Origin: Meiothermus sp.
GTDB lineage: Bacteria > Deinococcota > Deinococci > Deinococcales > Thermaceae
DNA: 64,000 bases
Direction: 5' to 3'
NCBI GenBank assembly: GCA_033762915.1
Contig: JANRLD010000098.1
Coordinates: 12,095 to 76,094, forward strand
Shown here: positions 61,241-64,000 of the stretch, in pieces
Layout: each line of letters starts with the position of its first letter
How positions within the stretch are numbered: the stretch's first letter is position 1
Made by a program: the position numbers and the translations under genes
Notes under the pieces: generated by a model
Seen by the model: only the letters and a program-made list of their open reading frames with translations
Told to the model about the DNA's origin: nothing
Database searches by the model: none

Positions 61241-62725
61241 TCAGTTCCTCAAGCGGCGCCACAGCTCCGGCGTCAGCAACGCCACGACGGCGATGATCTC
61301 GATACGCCCCGCCCACATCTGCACGATCATTACCAGCTTAGAGGGTGCGTGCAGATCGCCGTAGTGGGCCATAGGCCCCACTTCGCCCAGACCCGGCCCC
61401 ACGTTGGCGATAGCGGCGGCCGAGGCGGTGAACGCGGTGACGAAGTTTTCCTCCAATACCCCCAGCACCAGCACCCCTAGCGCGAAGATCAATACGTACA
61501 GCGCCACGAAGGCCGAAACCGCCCGCAGGATGTCCTCACTAAGGTTCTTGTTGCCGATGCGCAGCGGCAGCACCGCGTTGGGGTGCAAGGCCCGTTGCAT
61601 TTCGCGTTTAATCAGTGCCCCAATGACCAGCCAGCGGATGACCTTAACACTACCGCCCACGCTGCCGGCGCTGCCGCCCACAAACATCAACATCACCAGC
61701 AGCACCTGGGCCGGAACCACCCACAGCGCGAAGTCCACGCTGGCGAAGCCGGTGCCTGTGATGATCGAAGTGGTCTGGAAGAAGGCGCTGCGCAGTGAAC
61801 CCTCGAGGCCGTAGTCGTGCCGGAAGAAAAGGATTCCTGTCAGCACCAGCGTAACCCCGAAGACGATCACCGCGTAGGTTCGAAACTCGGGGTCGCGGAA
61901 GGGCGCGCGTACCTCGCCACCGAACAGCACCTTGGCCTGCAAGAGCAGGTTCACCCCGGTCAAAAACATCACCACCGCCCCCACCCAGTGCACCATCGGG
62001 CCGTAGGTCGCGAAGCTTTGCGGGTTGGGGCTGAACCCACCCGCCGAGACCGTGGAGAACGTGTTGCACACCGCCTCAAAAAGGGGCATTCCCAGCAGCA
62101 GGTAGGCGGTCAGGGTGAAGGCCGAGAGCACCAGGTAGACCCTCAGAATCGCGGTGGCGGTCTGCCGCAACTTGGGCGTGAGCTGCTGCTTCTGCACCCC
62201 GGTGGTCTCGGCGAAGAACATCTGCCGCCCAGCCAGCGCCAGGTGCGGGAGTACCACGATAAACAGCAGCAGAATCCCCATTCCGCCGAACCATTGGGTC
62301 AGGCTACGCCAGAAAAACAAGGTATGGCCAAACTGCTGAAAGTCCTCGAGGATGGTCGCGCCGGTGGTGCTAAAGCCCGAAGTGGCCTCGAATAGGGCGT
62401 CGAGGTAGCTGAGGCCGCCCGAGAGCCAGAAGGGCACCGCCCCCAAGATTGGCACCAGAATCCACAGCGTCGCCACCGTGAACAGCGACTCGGCCCGGCG
62501 CGGCTCGGCTTGCGGGGTGCCCATCTGATAGAGCAAGTAGCCCAGCGCGATCCCCACCAGGGCACCTACCCCGAACCCCAGCGCGTCCTCGCCCAGTACC
62601 AGGCAGGCCAGGAAGTGAAGCCCCATCACCGACCCCAGCCCCATGTAGACCAGCCCGGTAAGGTAGGTAAAGACAGGCACCGGATTGGAGGTGCGGACGG
62701 GTAGGAAGGCAGGAAGTTGGGTCAT
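61241..62725 (-). CDS. trkH: Second Trk K+ uptake membrane protein TrkH
   Basis: FEATSGFSTTGAT, QWFGGMG, GGSAGSVGG, ANVGPG, GRIEI. Confidence 0.92.
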   Translation of the reverse strand: MTQLPAFLPVRTSNPVPVFTYLTGLVYMGLGSVMGLHFLACLVLGEDALGFGVGALVGIALGYLLYQMGTPQAEPRRAESLFTVATLWILVPILGAVPFWLSGGLSYLDALFEATSGFSTTGATILEDFQQFGHTLFFWRSLTQWFGGMGILLLFIVVLPHLALAGRQMFFAETTGVQKQQLTPKLRQTATAILRVYLVLSAFTLTAYLLLGMPLFEAVCNTFSTVSAGGFSPNPQSFATYGPMVHWVGAVVMFLTGVNLLLQAKVLFGGEVRAPFRDPEFRTYAVIVFGVTLVLTGILFFRHDYGLEGSLRSAFFQTTSIITGTGFASVDFALWVVPAQVLLVMLMFVGGSAGSVGGSVKVIRWLVIGALIKREMQRALHPNAVLPLRIGNKNLSEDILRAVSAFVALYVLIFALGVLVLGVLEENFVTAFTASAAAIANVGPGLGEVGPMAHYGDLHAPSKLVMIVQMWAGRIEIIAVVALLTPELWRRLRN

Positions 62726-63031
62726 GGCGGGATGCGGGGGAAAAAAGTCTGGAGTGAATAGGTGGGAAGAAAAACCAGGTACCCGAGCGACGGTCAGACT
62801 GCGGGACGAGGTGACGTAGTGCAAGGATAGCTTGAGGTTCGCACCCACACGGTGTGGGTTCGGGGCCGTTGGAGGGTCGCGCCGGGTGCAGCCGGGGGCT
62901 TGGTTGGACTGGGTTGCGGTGGAGTTCGCGGAGGCATGCGGACCTCAGAATGACCGGGACATAGGCTTTCGGGCGCTGGTGTTTCGACTATGGGCTTACA
63001 CGGCGGCGCTGGCTTAGCGTAGTTGCGACTC

Positions 63032-64000
63032 CTAAAGCACGTTGTCGAGCACGGTCTGTGCGGCTACCCGGTCGGTGAGGACCAGCAGCTTGTCGCCAGC
63101 GACGATGGCGATCTGTGGGGCGCGGAGGTAGACCTTGGTACCGCGCTCGAGGGCCACCGCCACCGCGCCCTTGGGTAGGCGAAGGTTGTCGAAGGAGGTC
63201 TCGCGGAAGTCGGCGGGCAGCTCGAACTCCAAGAGCTCCATCTGGTCTTCCATCAGCTTAAGGTGGTCCACGTTGTCCGGCGCAATCCAGTCGATCACGT
63301 CGCGCACTGCCGCCGCGCGCGGGGTCAGGGGGATGTCGATGCCGACATGCTCGAAAAGGCGGCGGTTGTCGGCCCGGTTGACGCGGGTGATCACCTTGGG
63401 CACGCCCATCTGCTTGGCCAGTAGGCTCACCAGCAGGTTTTTCTCGTCGTTCTCGGTGACCGCTACCATCACGTCGATCGATTCCAGGCCCTCCGACTCG
63501 AGCAACTCCAGGTCGGTTCCGTCGCCCTCCAGCACCAGCGCACCCGGCAGCTGCTCGGCCAGCCAGGCACAGCGCTCGGACTTGTGGTCGATTATGGTGG
63601 CCTCAACGCGCAGGCGGATCAGGTCGGCGGCCACCATAAAGCCCACGTTGCCCCCGCCCACGATCATCACCCGGCGCACCTTTGCCCGGGGGGCGAAACA
63701 GGCTTGCAGGGCGTCGAAGCCGGGGGCGGTGGTCATGAAGAAGACCCGGTCTTCGGGCTCGAGCCGCAGAGACTCGAAGCTGTCGTCTGTGGCGGCTACG
63801 AAGCGGTCGTCGCGCAGCAGGCCCGCCAGGTAGGAGCCGTCTGGCCAGTCCAGCAGGGCCAGCTCCTTGCCCGCGTAAGGGCCGCCCTCGCGCACCTGGT
63901 ACTCCACGAATCGTAGCCGCCCACCCGCCAGGCTCTCGGTATCCACCGCACCCGGCACCCGGATCACCTCCACGATCTCCTCGGCCAGCGAGCGCTGCGG
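63032..64000 (-). CDS. trkA: Trk system NAD-binding subunit TrkA (5' end outside window)
   Basis: RCK domains; IVGGGNVG, GDGTD, ENDEKNLL; adjacent to trkH. Confidence 0.88.
   Translation of the reverse strand, partial: PQRSLAEEIVEVIRVPGAVDTESLAGGRLRFVEYQVREGGPYAGKELALLDWPDGSYLAGLLRDDRFVAATDDSFESLRLEPEDRVFFMTTAPGFDALQACFAPRAKVRRVMIVGGGNVGFMVAADLIRLRVEATIIDHKSERCAWLAEQLPGALVLEGDGTDLELLESEGLESIDVMVAVTENDEKNLLVSLLAKQMGVPKVITRVNRADNRRLFEHVGIDIPLTPRAAAVRDVIDWIAPDNVDHLKLMEDQMELLEFELPADFRETSFDNLRLPKGAVAVALERGTKVYLRAPQIAIVAGDKLLVLTDRVAAQTVLDNVL

Noticed and set aside
62726..63031. Possible c-di-AMP (ydaO) riboswitch in the trkA-trkH gap, also sought upstream of the other trkH and vanW
   Set aside because: Conserved ydaO sequence blocks not found

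Overview
High-GC (roughly two-thirds G+C) chromosomal segment, most likely from a Deinococcota/Thermaceae organism (Meiothermus/Calidithermus-like). That assignment is inferred from a Thermus-type dnaX with an A9 slippage run, PaaR-type operators and TANNNT -10 boxes sitting directly in front of start codons. About 50 genes are present: partial murJ; a two-component system flanked by two DUF5666-type exported proteins; dusA; a small triheme cytochrome c; a hybrid kinase/HD-GYP pair; a PaaR-operator-marked phenylacetate cluster (frameshifted paaH, liv-type ABC transporter, paaI, SDR, paaK); ccmA/ccdA; glutaminyl cyclase; dnaX; prolyl oligopeptidase; WD40 and VanW proteins; two trkH and a trkA; luxS-mtnN; and a DUF4127/ROK/GH38/nagA/SIS amino-sugar cluster. 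I saw no rRNA, tRNA, CRISPR array or transposase. Most interesting observations: (1) window-wide ~10-fold excess of the palindrome CTCGAG, reminiscent of cyanobacterial HIP1; (2) a dispersed, structurally conserved Y-shaped intergenic element family (three loci); (3) a glutaminyl cyclase gene plus Gln at +1 in most predicted secreted proteins, suggesting a 'Q-rule'; (4) dnaX transcriptional slippage. All calls come from reading motifs by eye, and no searches were run.
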